DNA of 64,000 nt from Rhodosorus marinus CCMP1338 (Eukaryota; Plantae; Rhodophyta), in assembly GCA_029953675.1 (NCBI GenBank), contig JAMWBK010000004.1, positions 1,922,001-1,986,000 on the forward strand, given 5' to 3'. The notes below the pieces were generated by a model, which searched no databases, was not told where the DNA came from, and saw only the letters and a program-made list of their open reading frames with translations. A program made the position numbers and the translations under genes. Positions 63,145 through 64,000 of the stretch are shown here, piece by piece (the stretch's first letter is position 1; the number at the start of each line of letters is the position of its first letter).

Positions 63145-64000
63145 ATGAAAATCAAACCCCTGTCCAGGTCGGCCTTGGAATGGAGCGGGACTATTGATGG
63201 GAGTGGAAGCGGGTCCGGACCCCGGAGAACGACGAGGAATAGGGATCCTACGCTTCATCCTTTTGAGAGAGCTCGTGAAGAGCAACGGGCTCTGAACGCG
63301 GCCAAGCTGGGTCGCGTGTTTGCCAAACCGTTTGTATACTCTTTGGAGGGTCACGAGGATGGTGTTTACTGCTTTTCCAGGTCTAGAAAAGAGATTTCGA
63401 AAGTATGCTCGGGTTCTGCAGATGGTTCATTGAGGATTTGGAACCTTGCGTCAAGGAGGGAGGTAGCCACATGTGAAAATGCGCATGCATCCTTTTTACG
63501 CGGTGTTTCTGTAACTGCCGACGGCGAACGTGTCATCTCAGCTGGAGATGATAGGGCAGTACGAATTTGGGATACGACCAATGGTAAGCATGCGTAGATG
63601 ACACAAGTTAGAACCGAATTTTGCTGTAGGCGCGTTGGCTAAACGAACGCTGTGGTTCTTCTCTGCACTAGGAGAACGATTGAGTGAGTTCCTGGGTAAC
63701 AGTGCATTCTCAAGTGTCGACTGTCACTGGTCTGACTCAGTGTTTGCGACGTCTGGAGCTACAGTTGAGATTTGGGACGAGAACAGATCGGATCCCATCC
63801 AACGACTTGAGTGGGGTGCTGACTCGGTGACAAAAGTTCGGTTCAACCCAGTTGAAAAGGACATTTTGGCGAGCTGTGGTACGGACCGTGGAATAGGACT
63901 GTACGACTTGCGTCTGCAGACCCCTGTGAGAAAGCTCGTCATGGCTATGCGCTCAAATTCTGTTGCATGGAATCCCATGGAGTCCTTCAACTTCACCGTT
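63145..64000 (+). CDS. DCAF13: DCAF13/Sof1/WDSOF1 U3 snoRNP protein, truncated by the window end
   Basis: MKIKPLSR, RNRDPTLHPFERARE..RALNAAKL.RVFAKPF...L.GH.DGV, then after an intron FNPVEKDILASCGTDR. Confidence 0.95.

Overview
This is gene-dense eukaryotic nuclear DNA, not prokaryotic. It holds about 22 recognisable protein-coding genes broken by mostly short (60-110 bp) GT-AG introns with CTAAC/CTGAC branch points, separated by AT-rich or homopolymer-rich spacers. Several proteins begin with M-x-x-F-type plastid transit peptides and no signal peptide (MFAFV, MYGFV, MVGFV, MLSFAV), which points to a primary-plastid alga, most likely a unicellular red alga (inference). Housekeeping genes include a CD2BP2-like GYF protein, a USP deubiquitinase, C1D, RPS21, a Siw14-like phosphatase, an aminoalcohol phosphotransferase, RAD51, NOC3, MRS2, an RNF126-like E3, a LON-N domain protein, SPC24, a PPR protein, WDR3/UTP12, signal peptidase I, a TTC39/IML2-like protein, bL20 and DCAF13/SOF1. 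The stand-out is a ~1250-aa bacterial-type TM0106/RecB-family nuclease + RNase H-like + Upf1/Dna2-like SF1 helicase fusion (5521-9504). It has intact catalytic motifs, two spliceosomal introns and a putative organelle transit peptide, and lies ~4 kb from a plastid-type bacterial SSB that keeps its acidic C-terminal tip. Other notable items are a catalytic-domain-free tandem CBM25-like protein, a GT2/GT7 + fucosyltransferase-like fusion, a perfect 25-bp-arm hairpin and several local tandem duplications. No rRNA, tRNA, CRISPR array or intact transposon was recognised. All assignments come from reading motifs by eye; no database search was run.
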